Source: a virus
Virus record (IMG/VR): IMGVR_UViG_2579779045_000011
Reading direction: 5' to 3' (one strand)
Length of the DNA: 64,000 bases
Below are positions 47,558 to 56,822 of this stretch, piece by piece; the stretch's first letter is position 1, and each line of letters begins with the position of its first letter. A model generated the notes under the pieces. It did not search any database and was not told the origin of the DNA. It was given only the letters and a program-made list of their open reading frames with translations. Position numbers and translations under genes: made by a program.

Positions 47558-47598
47558 ATTTTTGCAACTTACTAACTATGAATTTATGATGAGTTCCT
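47558..47598 (-). promoter_or_regulatory. Putative late promoter AGGAAC-N29-AAAAAT
   Basis: Variant copy; CAAAAATGCTCTATA/TATGGGGCATTTTTG hairpin over the RBS. Confidence 0.65.
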
Positions 47599-47602
47599 AG
47601 AC

Positions 47603-47875
47603 TTAAAAGTTAACTTTAAAAGTGTTACTTACAGGGCTATCAGTAATAATTTCTACTACATAACCTAATTTTGAGAAATGAATTTTTGCCTCTTCTAAAT
47701 ACTCTAAACTCACGGCACTTTTGTCAAAACTCCAACTGGAAAACCGTTTTCCAAAACACGAGTCAGCTTTAATTGCATTACTGAGAATATTAATAATATC
47801 AAGAACGGTTGGATTGCTTTGCTCCGCAATTTTTGCAGCTTCAGCAGCGGTAATACTAGATGACATAGTGAACAT
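47603..47875 (-). CDS. Hypothetical protein (90 aa)
   Basis: AGGAG RBS; common small phage protein pattern (ITAAEA...LGY.V). Confidence 0.65.
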   Translation of the reverse strand: MFTMSSSITAAEAAKIAEQSNPTVLDIINILSNAIKADSCFGKRFSSWSFDKSAVSLEYLEEAKIHFSKLGYVVEIITDSPVSNTFKVNF

Positions 47876-47953
47876 TCTCCTAAATTGTTAGTGTTCTCTA
47901 CATTATAGTAAGCACGTGATAATAACCTCAAAAAAAACCTTTAAAATTACAAA

Positions 47954-48793
47954 CTATTCATTACTACTATCTTCAGGCTCCACTTCACCAGCTTCAATTA
48001 ACGCTAACTTACGCATAAACGCCTCTTCTTTTTTCTTTTTCATATTAGCTTTTGCAATTGCCATTCTTTCTTCAGCACCTGAAATAACTGAACTACGCCG
48101 TGCTTGAACTTCCGATTGGTCTTTAAGATCATCTACATCTAAGCCCCAGAACATTGCCTCAGTTCGAGCAATGTTAGAAATGCTGATACTTTGTTTAACG
48201 TTCAAATCAACCACTTGACTAATCAAGCCCATTTTAAACTTAACCAGCGCTAATTCATCTTCAGTAGGATTATTCAGATTAAGGACTTCATCTCTAATAT
48301 GAATAACACTATCGATAGTATCTGTAATTAACTCACCCAGCTTATGAGCTCGTATACGGTTATTTTTGACAACAAGAGCTGACTTTAGATAGTTCTCGTT
48401 GACTGTAGAACGCCCGCCGTTGTTATTACCATTATTTTTAGAGTTTTGACTATTAAATTCAGCAATATTTGACGTTTTTTTGACGGAATTTTGACTATCA
48501 CTTTTTTCTGATTTATCAGTATTTTGTGTATCTTCTTGACCATTATTTTTTTTGGTCAATTTTTTAATCTCTTTATTGAGCTCTTGGGCTGTCTTTTTGA
48601 CTAAAGATTTAGCTTTCTTTTTCCATTTCTCAGCAAGTGCTTTACGGCGTACAACGGATGGCGAAGGCATCTCACAACCGAGTTCTTCGCCAACCTGATC
48701 AACTAAAGCTTGCCATGTAATCTTAGGTGAAGATTCATAGACTTCTTTTAGCCGGTTCCAAATTTCTTCCGAGTATTCAATCTTGCGAGCCAT
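47954..48793 (-). CDS. Putative terminase small subunit (PacA-like)
   Basis: N-terminal HTH-like region (VRRKALAEKWKK) followed by helical/coiled-coil region. Confidence 0.55.
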   Translation of the reverse strand: MARKIEYSEEIWNRLKEVYESSPKITWQALVDQVGEELGCEMPSPSVVRRKALAEKWKKKAKSLVKKTAQELNKEIKKLTKKNNGQEDTQNTDKSEKSDSQNSVKKTSNIAEFNSQNSKNNGNNNGGRSTVNENYLKSALVVKNNRIRAHKLGELITDTIDSVIHIRDEVLNLNNPTEDELALVKFKMGLISQVVDLNVKQSISISNIARTEAMFWGLDVDDLKDQSEVQARRSSVISGAEERMAIAKANMKKKKEEAFMRKLALIEAGEVEPEDSSNE

Positions 48794-48806
48794 TAAAGTC
48801 TATCCC

Positions 48807-49493
48807 TTATTCAGCAAATAGACCTATTTGTTTCACTTCATCTAAAGCTTGCTGCTGTAAAGAAGCCTTGCTAAAACGTTTTTTATTTTGGATAAGATCA
48901 ATTAAAGCTTTTTGCTGTAAATCATTCTCTTCACGCTGGAAAACATCATCAATAGCCATCTCTAAATTACGGATTTGTTTTGCACGATTCTGTTCACACT
49001 CACGAACAATACGCATAAGAGTGTGAAGTTCAGGTAAAACCTTTTCTTGAATAGACTGGTCTTGCGATAAACAAGCTTGAATCAGCCCCTTTGATGCTTC
49101 AAGCAGCTCTACAGTTAAGGCTTTCGGGAAAGATGCAATATGCTGTGCTGCAGCCATACTTAATTGAAATGCCATGGCTTGAGTGTATTCACTCATCATT
49201 TCACCTAGACTGTTAAACAGAATACCAGCTACAGAAGCTGTTTTGTCTAGTTCTGGCTCAATAGTAAAACCAAGAACCCAGTCGGCTGAAACACCGTATT
49301 TTTGACATAGCACCGAAAGTAATTCTGCATCTGGCATTAACTTACCATTTTCGATTTCACTCATTCGGTTTTTATGTGGTGTACCGAATATCTCTAAAGC
49401 TACGTCTTCTTGACGTAATTGAGCCATATCACGCGCCATTGCAAGTTTTCTTCCAATAAGTACTCGACGTTGCAAATCGCTCTTTTTCGCCAT
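48807..49493 (-). CDS. XRE-family HTH regulator (candidate late activator)
   Basis: MSEIENGKLMPD...YGVSADWVLG. Confidence 0.8.
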   Translation of the reverse strand: MAKKSDLQRRVLIGRKLAMARDMAQLRQEDVALEIFGTPHKNRMSEIENGKLMPDAELLSVLCQKYGVSADWVLGFTIEPELDKTASVAGILFNSLGEMMSEYTQAMAFQLSMAAAQHIASFPKALTVELLEASKGLIQACLSQDQSIQEKVLPELHTLMRIVRECEQNRAKQIRNLEMAIDDVFQREENDLQQKALIDLIQNKKRFSKASLQQQALDEVKQIGLFAE

Positions 49494-50183
49494 TTAAATG
49501 CTTCTCCCAGCTAACCAATCAAAATCTACAGTTTTTGACAACCAATCAGTTTCATCAGTAAAAACGCACGAAAGCCAGACACAACCCTCTTCACATGGTT
49601 CTGCCAGCTTAATTTGTTCACTTATGAAAATATTGTCGTCTTTGAATAACAAGCCATCACCTTTGACACTATCAATTAGTAGTTTTGGATAGTTATCAAT
49701 ATCAAATCGTGGATAAGTTTTAGCGCTGTAAGAACGAGTTTTAAGTGGTGGCTGAACAATTAACCGTATTTCACAAAGTTGATCGATAGCTTTTAACTTA
49801 AGTGCTCTAAACATAGGTCCATATTGTTTTTGAACCTTGTCCTTATACTTTTTAGCACCTACTGAAAGACTATTTCTTTGCTTTCCGTTCTGATCAATTG
49901 TAGCCCGCCAAATCTCGTTAGCGCTTAATCCATAAGGCAATTTGATTGTGATGTATTGCTTACCAAAAATGATAACACCACCTGTACTTCCCCTATACAC
50001 ACTATTTTCACCATCATTTTCTTTTTCTACATGGCACGGGAAAAACACATGTTTATTTGAGCTAGCTTTATGCTTTTTAACTTTGTCATTACCTGATGAA
50101 ACACTGAAATCCTTAAAGAATTCCTGTCTTTTATTATTGGAGAAAAACTCGCTCCACTGACGGCGGTTACTTTTTTTAATCAT
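49494..50183 (-). CDS. rusA: RusA-family Holliday junction resolvase
   Basis: RFDIDNYPKLLIDSV..G.LFKDD. Confidence 0.8.
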   Translation of the reverse strand: MIKKSNRRQWSEFFSNNKRQEFFKDFSVSSGNDKVKKHKASSNKHVFFPCHVEKENDGENSVYRGSTGGVIIFGKQYITIKLPYGLSANEIWRATIDQNGKQRNSLSVGAKKYKDKVQKQYGPMFRALKLKAIDQLCEIRLIVQPPLKTRSYSAKTYPRFDIDNYPKLLIDSVKGDGLLFKDDNIFISEQIKLAEPCEEGCVWLSCVFTDETDWLSKTVDFDWLAGRSI

Positions 50184-50777
50184 AACGACCTCAAATCAAG
50201 CAAGTAAGATTTACATAAACTTGAAGCTCTTCTTGCATGACATAATCCTTAAAAACACTTAGTTCCAGAATTATTAACCGTTAGATTTATTTAGAAGTAC
50301 CCTTGTTCCAATTCATTATTTTTGTTTGTAAAAAAATGCTCTCTTTTATATATGCAAAATATATTGATCCTCAAAAAAACATCGAGCTGGTCCTACTTAC
50401 CAATGTGTCAGCACTTTTAGGATAGGGGCCCCTATCATTTCCTTCTTTTTAGTAATTTAATATCCAAACCCTTTTTACGTAGGATTTGCATCACACACCA
50501 AAATTTTAAAGGCCACATCTAGTTTCCCTTTATTATAAAATTATTACCTAGGGGTTGTTTAGAAATCTAAAACTTTTATAACTCTTACTCAGAAATTCTC
50601 TTTTTCATCAACCATAAATTACATAAAATATTATATTTATCCACAACTTAAATAAGCTTGATTCTTTAATTGATAAACTCACTAGAATAATATTTCTTAA
50701 AATAATAGGAGTATATTGACAGAAAAAAGCTAAAATATTACTCTCTAAAAGTTTTCTTCATAAAAAAGCATCAAAAA

Positions 50778-50873
50778 ATGAAAACTATCATCGTAGCTTT
50801 TGTACTCTCAGCAATTTTGATCATTCTATCATTTTTATTTTACATGATTATAAAAACCCATTATAAGAAATAA
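50778..50873 (+). CDS. Small single-pass membrane peptide (31 aa)
   Basis: MKTIIVAFVLSAILIILSFLFYMIIKTHYKK; upstream TTGACA-N17-TACTCT (50716..50744); downstream hairpin at 50883..50915; weak RBS. Confidence 0.5.
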   Translation: MKTIIVAFVLSAILIILSFLFYMIIKTHYKK

Positions 50874-51145
50874 CAAAGAATTAAAAAAGCTCATTTCCGA
50901 ACCAGAAATGAGCTTATGAAATCCACATAAACCTGAAATACTAAGTATGGCTACTTAGCAATATTAAATTAAATGAATTTCTTTGAAGAATCAATATTTT
51001 TTTTAAAAAAGTATCTAAAAAAATTTAAAATTATTACAAATATTATAATTATAGCTTTTAGCAAAGTTAATTTCTTTGCTGCTACAAAAAAGTAAAAGTT
51101 CAAAAAGAATAAAACTTCTAAAATTAGTTAACGGGACTAAGAAAA

Positions 51146-51601
51146 CTATTTTTTAAAAGTTGCTTTATAATGTTTGGAATTAAAATAATTTACAATCTCT
51201 TCCCCATTATTTTGATTTTTTTCTAAATTTAAGGTTAAAAAATCTAATTCCGATTCCAAATTTATAAACTCGGGAATATATTCTTTGATAGGAGGGGGTG
51301 GCTTAGGGCCCCCTTCAGTAATTTTTTGAATAAACCCAGCTAACCATAAAATGTATTCTTCTCTTAAATTATAAGAAGGAATCAAACTTACATCAATCTT
51401 TACCTTACAATCATTTTTACTTTTACTCAGTACTTCATTGAAATCAATAAAATTATATTTCAGCTTATATTCTGTACCCTTAATTTCTTTTCGAATCACC
51501 TTCATAAGAATATACATATTTTCTAAAACATCTTTAGAAAATAGTTTTTCATTTTTCATTTTTTTGTAAATAGTCTCAGCAAGAAAAAGATATTGTGGCA
51601 T
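51146..51601 (-). CDS. Hypothetical AT-rich accessory protein
   Basis: 151-aa ORF in a very low-GC segment. Confidence 0.65.
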   Translation of the reverse strand: MPQYLFLAETIYKKMKNEKLFSKDVLENMYILMKVIRKEIKGTEYKLKYNFIDFNEVLSKSKNDCKVKIDVSLIPSYNLREEYILWLAGFIQKITEGGPKPPPPIKEYIPEFINLESELDFLTLNLEKNQNNGEEIVNYFNSKHYKATFKK

Positions 51602-51909
51602 GTTACAAATTCCATTTCATAATTTCCTCTTATTCTATAATATAGAATTATTAAATTAATATTACAAGAATTTACTCAAAGTTTTTTATTTTAAATTTTG
51701 AAGTAATATCAAAATATTAAGATAGTAATTCCTAATAAAAAGGTCTATTTCTTTTTTAAGAAATAGACCTAGCGAAAAAAGCGCTCAAACCTAAAAATGG
51801 CTGATTTAGTATTAGCTGCCCTTATTCAAGTTGGTACTATTAAGTAATTTAGAAAATGCTCAATTAACCTCTCTCTTTAAATTTCTCTGCTTCCATCTAG
51901 TCCCTACAT

Positions 51910-52060
51910 CTTATGAAATGGACCCCATATTGCATTCATATTCTTGAGCTGCTTCTCTTCGTAGTTAAGCCTTTTTCTGATTAGCTTGAACTTGGGTCGG
52001 GGTTAGCTTGTTTGGATTGTATTTTTTTGAGCGTTTTTTGCTGGTTGCTTTAGATTTCAT
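51910..52060 (-). pseudogene. Degraded gene after 52057..52590
   Basis: ATGA-coupled start, MKSKATSKKRSKKYNPNK...KKA* then in-frame LRREAAQEYE...*. Confidence 0.5.
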
Positions 52061-52590
52061 TTGCACCCACCCCCTTTAGCTCTTAACTTTTCAGCAACTA
52101 AACGATCAGCTACACGCTTAACTCGATTCCAAACAAAGTTGTGATCAATTTCAGAACGACCTTGATAAATACGTTCAAGTTGAAATGCCGTAACTGAATA
52201 ATCCACTTCTAAGGCCAGTAAATCCCAATCTTCATTAAAAGCTGTAGCGTAGGGGGTCAATTGGTTTTTCTGTGCCCAAATACGCAATTGGCGAGCATCT
52301 GGACCACGCTTTACAACTGGTTTTGGCTTAGATTTGATTAAACCAGTGGAAAGCGCCCATTCAACACAAGTTTCGCAACGACAACATAAACGCTTGTACA
52401 TAGGGCCGGTGCCGTGAGGCATATTGAGATCACGCCCTAAAGACTCAACCTGTCGGATTTTATTACCAGGATGTTTCAGCCATTTCTTAACTGCTTTTTC
52501 TAATGCTTTTCGCTCATCAGATTTAGCTGCTACGTTTGAGTAAGCAACTAATGCGTATTCAGATTTTTTCATATCAATAAATGCGTTCAC
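52057..52590 (-). CDS. Hypothetical phage protein with Cys motif
   Basis: HGT...Y...CCRCETC; coupled to the DnaC-like gene. Confidence 0.7.
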   Translation of the reverse strand: MNAFIDMKKSEYALVAYSNVAAKSDERKALEKAVKKWLKHPGNKIRQVESLGRDLNMPHGTGPMYKRLCCRCETCVEWALSTGLIKSKPKPVVKRGPDARQLRIWAQKNQLTPYATAFNEDWDLLALEVDYSVTAFQLERIYQGRSEIDHNFVWNRVKRVADRLVAEKLRAKGGGCK

Positions 52591-53351
52591 TGTGCTTTAC
52601 CTCCACCTATACGAGCATCATCCCAATCACATTCCACAATATCTAAGCCATCATGTTGAAATCTTGACCATAGACGGTCCCCAAGATCTTCGCGGACCTC
52701 AGAAAGACTTAGGTTTGAAATCACAACTGTTGGCTTCAACTCGTCATAACGAGTGAGTAGAACCTTATGAACACTTTCAAGAAGTTGAGGACGTTTTTCA
52801 GCACGGTCATGTAAACCGTATTCATCAATAATTAATAAATCTTTTTTTACATAGCGTTTTAGCGCTTCATCTTCACTATCACCACTACGGCGATAGGCAC
52901 CCGCGATATCTTCAGCTAGATCTGCAGACGTAATGTAAATAGCTTCCCAGTTCTTAATGATGATATTTTTCAGAATTGATGAACCTAGATGTGTTTTACC
53001 CGTACCAGTACGGCCGACAAGAAGTAAATTTCGAAAAACACCTGAATTGAAATCCATAGTGAACTTTTCACAAGTTTTACGAGCTTTGTCTTGTCCTTTG
53101 TGAGTTACTGCATAGTTGCTAAAGCCGCTATTTACATGTCTTTTAGGGATACCAGCTCGAGCCATTTTCAAATTTAAAATACGATTGTTCTTATCGCTTT
53201 CATATTTTTCATTTGACTGCTTCATGATTTTTTCAACACAAGACTGACAAACGATTCGACCATGTACATTGATCATTTGTTCTTTGTGGATCTTACAGAT
53301 CTGGTTTGTATGGGAAATTTTATATTCCAATTTTTGAGGCACTGCGTTCAT
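52587..53351 (-). CDS. DnaC/IstB-like helicase loader ATPase
   Basis: GRTGTGKTHL, LLIIDEYG, PTVVISNL, DRLWSR. Confidence 0.92.
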   Translation of the reverse strand: MNAVPQKLEYKISHTNQICKIHKEQMINVHGRIVCQSCVEKIMKQSNEKYESDKNNRILNLKMARAGIPKRHVNSGFSNYAVTHKGQDKARKTCEKFTMDFNSGVFRNLLLVGRTGTGKTHLGSSILKNIIIKNWEAIYITSADLAEDIAGAYRRSGDSEDEALKRYVKKDLLIIDEYGLHDRAEKRPQLLESVHKVLLTRYDELKPTVVISNLSLSEVREDLGDRLWSRFQHDGLDIVECDWDDARIGGGKAQ

Positions 53352-54391
53352 ATCAATTCACCCTTCACAGCTGTGTGAGCAACCGGTTCATATTTCTTTG
53401 GCGCGCCCCATTGATCATTTACATTGCGTGGTAACGATTGATGGTTTGACTGTTGACCGGTAGTCATTTCGGGTTTTTCGTTTAGGTACCAAGATGCTTT
53501 GAAGGCACCCCAAGGATTTTGTCTTTTCAAACAATATTCGACGGCTTGCTGCAGTGTGATTCCTGCTTTTTGGGCTTCATTCAAAAGTGCTTCAAAAGCG
53601 TTTTCGGTGTTTTGAGCTTTCTTGGCTTTACGAACTTGTAAGAACTCAGCAGCGTCTTTCTCAGGTACACCATTTTTTTTCAAAGCACTCTTGAAACTAA
53701 ATTTTGTTTGAGTCGATGAATCAACTTCGCCAACGGCGGAGTTGTTATTACCTTCTGGATTCTGATTAAAGGTTTCAGGATTCAGTGAATCAGGATTCAG
53801 ATTAAAGGATTCAGGATTCAGGGCGTTTTGGTCTGAGATAGAAACAGTTTTAGAACCGTTATCTAACTGTTCTTGTTTGTTCCCACTACTGTTTGCTTGA
53901 TTCGATTCGTTATCTTGATAACTGTTTTCAACAGCAGAACCAGTATTTTGAGGGGCAAACGGTCCTGTTTTATCGTAAAAATGCTTTAAATCAGCTTTAT
54001 TTAACTGAATTGGTTTTCCAACAATTGTTTTGTTTTTCGGGTTACGTTCATAGACAGTGTAGATACCATTACGGTCAGGTAATTCACTGTCTTTCTCTAG
54101 CCCGTGCGGGTTTTGATGTTTAACAAAGTTAACGATATGGATAACATCAATACCATCAGCGTTATATAACTCGATAAAACCGAACTTAGAAATGTTCTCT
54201 AACTGTTCTGCAACGTTTATATCGTCTGCAGGAAATAAAGACATTTTGATTTTCTTAGGTCGATTTTCGAGTCGGCCTTCGCGATCTGCTAAAGTCCAAA
54301 GACCAATAAATAGCAATCGTGCTTCATAAGGTAATTCAATAATGTCTTCATTCATAAAGAATGAGGGCTTAATATTTCTAGATCTTGCCAT
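53348..54391 (-). CDS. Phage replication initiator
   Basis: MARSRNIKPSFF...LFIGLWTLADREGRL; upstream of the DnaC-like gene; internal iterons. Confidence 0.85.
   Translation of the reverse strand: MARSRNIKPSFFMNEDIIELPYEARLLFIGLWTLADREGRLENRPKKIKMSLFPADDINVAEQLENISKFGFIELYNADGIDVIHIVNFVKHQNPHGLEKDSELPDRNGIYTVYERNPKNKTIVGKPIQLNKADLKHFYDKTGPFAPQNTGSAVENSYQDNESNQANSSGNKQEQLDNGSKTVSISDQNALNPESFNLNPDSLNPETFNQNPEGNNNSAVGEVDSSTQTKFSFKSALKKNGVPEKDAAEFLQVRKAKKAQNTENAFEALLNEAQKAGITLQQAVEYCLKRQNPWGAFKASWYLNEKPEMTTGQQSNHQSLPRNVNDQWGAPKKYEPVAHTAVKGELI
53754..53821. repeat. Iteron-like repeats (candidate replication origin)
   Basis: TC(A/T)GGATTC(A/T)G four times at 53754, 53775, 53790 and 53811. Confidence 0.65.
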
Positions 54392-54394
54392 TTC

Positions 54395-55873
54395 TTAAGC
54401 TGCCTCATATAAGTGTTCATGTGCAAAATTTGCACGTACTAAAGCTTCAGAGAATTGAGGAGGTACGGAATTACCTACCATTCTTCCCTGTTCTGTCTTA
54501 GTTAATTTGATAGTGTTTCCATGTTCATCGATCCCATGATCAATGATGTAAGTAGGTTCAAAACCTTGTGCTGTGAATAGTTCTCTTGGCTGAAGCATAC
54601 GGAAGCCAATATCAACAATTTGGTGCAGCTCACCTTTAACCATTACAAGACCAAAACGATCACGTGTTGGTATCGTACGAAGTGGCTCATGAATGCTATT
54701 TCCGTCTTTCTCACTACCGTAGAAGGCAGTTAGAAATGCTTGTACTAAAGCAAAATGACCCGCACTTGTGGTAATGGTATGTAATGGTTCATCAACAGGT
54801 TGACCAATGTTGTTTTTGCGCAGTTTCACCAGGTTGCTAACGACTAAACTGTTATGATCTTTTGCAGTAATCGTATGGAGCGGTTCGCGAATATCACTAC
54901 CAACAACACCCGTATAATGCTTAGCAATGAACGCAGTAACCAACGCATGATGTCCACCTTTCACCCCTGCGCAAATTGTGCGTAAAGGTTCATCAACAGG
55001 CATACATCTTGGGCTTGAAGCATTTGCACACTCAGTAAGTACTGGGGCAACGCTTTTAACCTTATCCATTGGAACAATAAATGGTTCTGGATTATTGATT
55101 ACATAACGGACTAAACCATTTGCTATACGGCGACAAGTTGCCTCAACTAGAGGTTTCTTACGAGTAAAAATACTTGGGCAAGGAATTGACCAATCTATGC
55201 ATTCTGCAGTGATTCGCCATGGTTTTAATTTCCCAGTTTTAACTGCTTTGCTATCTGGTGCAGCATGCGTAGGCTTGGGCCAAACTATAGGGAAGTTGTC
55301 ACGGCGAGCAACTAGAAAAAACCGTCTTCTTAGAGTTGGAGATCCGTAATCCCGAGCACTCATTACTCGCCATTCAACTTTATAACCTTGATGACGTAAT
55401 GCATTAACAAAGCACCTGAATGTTTCACCTTTGTGCTTTTTACTCGGGAATCCATCTTTTCCTAATCTGCCCCAAGTTTTGAACTCTTCAACGTTCTCGA
55501 GCATGATTATACGTGGTCGTGTAAGGTCAGCCCATCTAAGAGCAATCCAAGCTAAACCACGTATTTTCTTTTCAACCGGTTTTCCACCTTTTGCTTTAGA
55601 AAAGTGTTTGCAATCTGGACTAAGCCAAACCAATCCTACAGGCTGATTGTTTGTAACTTTTACAGGGTCAACATCCCAAACATCCTCACAAAAATGACGA
55701 GTATTTGGATGATTAGCACGATGCATGGCAATTGCTTTAGGATCGTGGTTAATTGCAATATCAACTGGACGACCAAAGGCTTTTTCTAAGCCAGTAGATG
55801 TTCCACCCCCACCTGCAAAATTATCAACAATCAATTCATGAGGTAATAAGTTAAGATTGAGGCACATATTCAT
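54395..55873 (-). CDS. C5 DNA cytosine methyltransferase
   Basis: FAGGGG, SPDC, ENVEEF, RRR and GNSV motifs. Confidence 0.93.
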   Translation of the reverse strand: MNMCLNLNLLPHELIVDNFAGGGGTSTGLEKAFGRPVDIAINHDPKAIAMHRANHPNTRHFCEDVWDVDPVKVTNNQPVGLVWLSPDCKHFSKAKGGKPVEKKIRGLAWIALRWADLTRPRIIMLENVEEFKTWGRLGKDGFPSKKHKGETFRCFVNALRHQGYKVEWRVMSARDYGSPTLRRRFFLVARRDNFPIVWPKPTHAAPDSKAVKTGKLKPWRITAECIDWSIPCPSIFTRKKPLVEATCRRIANGLVRYVINNPEPFIVPMDKVKSVAPVLTECANASSPRCMPVDEPLRTICAGVKGGHHALVTAFIAKHYTGVVGSDIREPLHTITAKDHNSLVVSNLVKLRKNNIGQPVDEPLHTITTSAGHFALVQAFLTAFYGSEKDGNSIHEPLRTIPTRDRFGLVMVKGELHQIVDIGFRMLQPRELFTAQGFEPTYIIDHGIDEHGNTIKLTKTEQGRMVGNSVPPQFSEALVRANFAHEHLYEAA

Positions 55874-56265
55874 AGTGCACCACCATTAACTTTTTTAAGC
55901 GTTAGTAAAACAGTGAATAATTGACCTGCAGAATATTTAAATGTCTTAACTTCAGTGCACTCAACTAAAAAGCGATGTTCACCAAAATTAACCCTACTTC
56001 CTGGTCTATCAAGTGTATAACGGCTCCAACCTTCAGGAATCGGATCACAGGAAAAATGGCCGTAGAATTTTTCAGGTCCACATTTAATGCTACAAAGGGG
56101 TTCAGCTACCCAAAAAACTTGATTGAGAAATTTTTTTCTCGCACGAAATTGATTGTTTACCCCTTCCTTAATTCGCATATTTACCGCTATTTCGCATGAT
56201 TCCCTATCGCGGATATTTTTAGCTTGGTTGCGGTCAACGATAAGTTTATTTTTCATATCGTTCAC
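55870..56265 (-). CDS. Hypothetical phage protein
   Basis: Coupled ORF in the early operon. Confidence 0.65.
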   Translation of the reverse strand: MNDMKNKLIVDRNQAKNIRDRESCEIAVNMRIKEGVNNQFRARKKFLNQVFWVAEPLCSIKCGPEKFYGHFSCDPIPEGWSRYTLDRPGSRVNFGEHRFLVECTEVKTFKYSAGQLFTVLLTLKKVNGGAL

Positions 56266-56822
56266 CCATCCAATCCAATTAATTTCTTAAATTCAGAAAT
56301 CACATCTACCAGCATTTTTTCGAGGTATACGTAATCAGGATTTAATTTTGATGGCCCACTTTCCCAAAGCCAGTCTTCACCAAACAGTTCACACATGATT
56401 GATCGGTCTTTAAAAGTGAGCTGGTCAAAGAAATTTGAAAAACATTCGAATTCAATTTCTTTAAGGTGTTCATAAAAATTTCTAAGATCTTTTTTGGAAA
56501 TTGCGCCACTTGATCGACCATCTTTTAATTCAGATAGCTTATTGATAGCTATGTATTCAATAACTTCATTACCATCCTCAACATCTACCCACTTTTCAAC
56601 TTTAGGAAAAAGTTTATTAAGTAAATAAGGAGCATGGCATTGAGCAATGAACTCTTTAAAAGTTGGTTGACCAACATGAGAAAAGAAAGCAGAACCGGTA
56701 AAACTACTTAAAACGACTGTTAGACGTCCACCGCCAGCACTATATAAATTATTTGGATCAACATAAGCTAAAGCCCAGTCTGACTTATATTCACCTATTT
56801 TTTTAAAGACGAACTTTTCCAT
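56262..56822 (-). CDS. Hypothetical phage protein
   Basis: Coupled ORF in the early operon. Confidence 0.7.
   Translation of the reverse strand: MEKFVFKKIGEYKSDWALAYVDPNNLYSAGGGRLTVVLSSFTGSAFFSHVGQPTFKEFIAQCHAPYLLNKLFPKVEKWVDVEDGNEVIEYIAINKLSELKDGRSSGAISKKDLRNFYEHLKEIEFECFSNFFDQLTFKDRSIMCELFGEDWLWESGPSKLNPDYVYLEKMLVDVISEFKKLIGLDG

Noticed and set aside
1156..47598. GGAAC boxes as sigmaE -35 elements
   Set aside because: The conserved downstream element lies 29 nt away rather than ~16 nt and resembles a sigma70 -10 box
50227..50267. TGGAAC box upstream of the rusA-like gene
   Set aside because: The hexamer at the 29-nt spacing is GAAGAG (no terminal T) and there is no clear hairpin, so it was not counted among the 14 sites
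50435..50520. Short minus-strand ORF MWPLKFWC...
   Set aside because: About 27 aa in AT-rich DNA with no supporting motif
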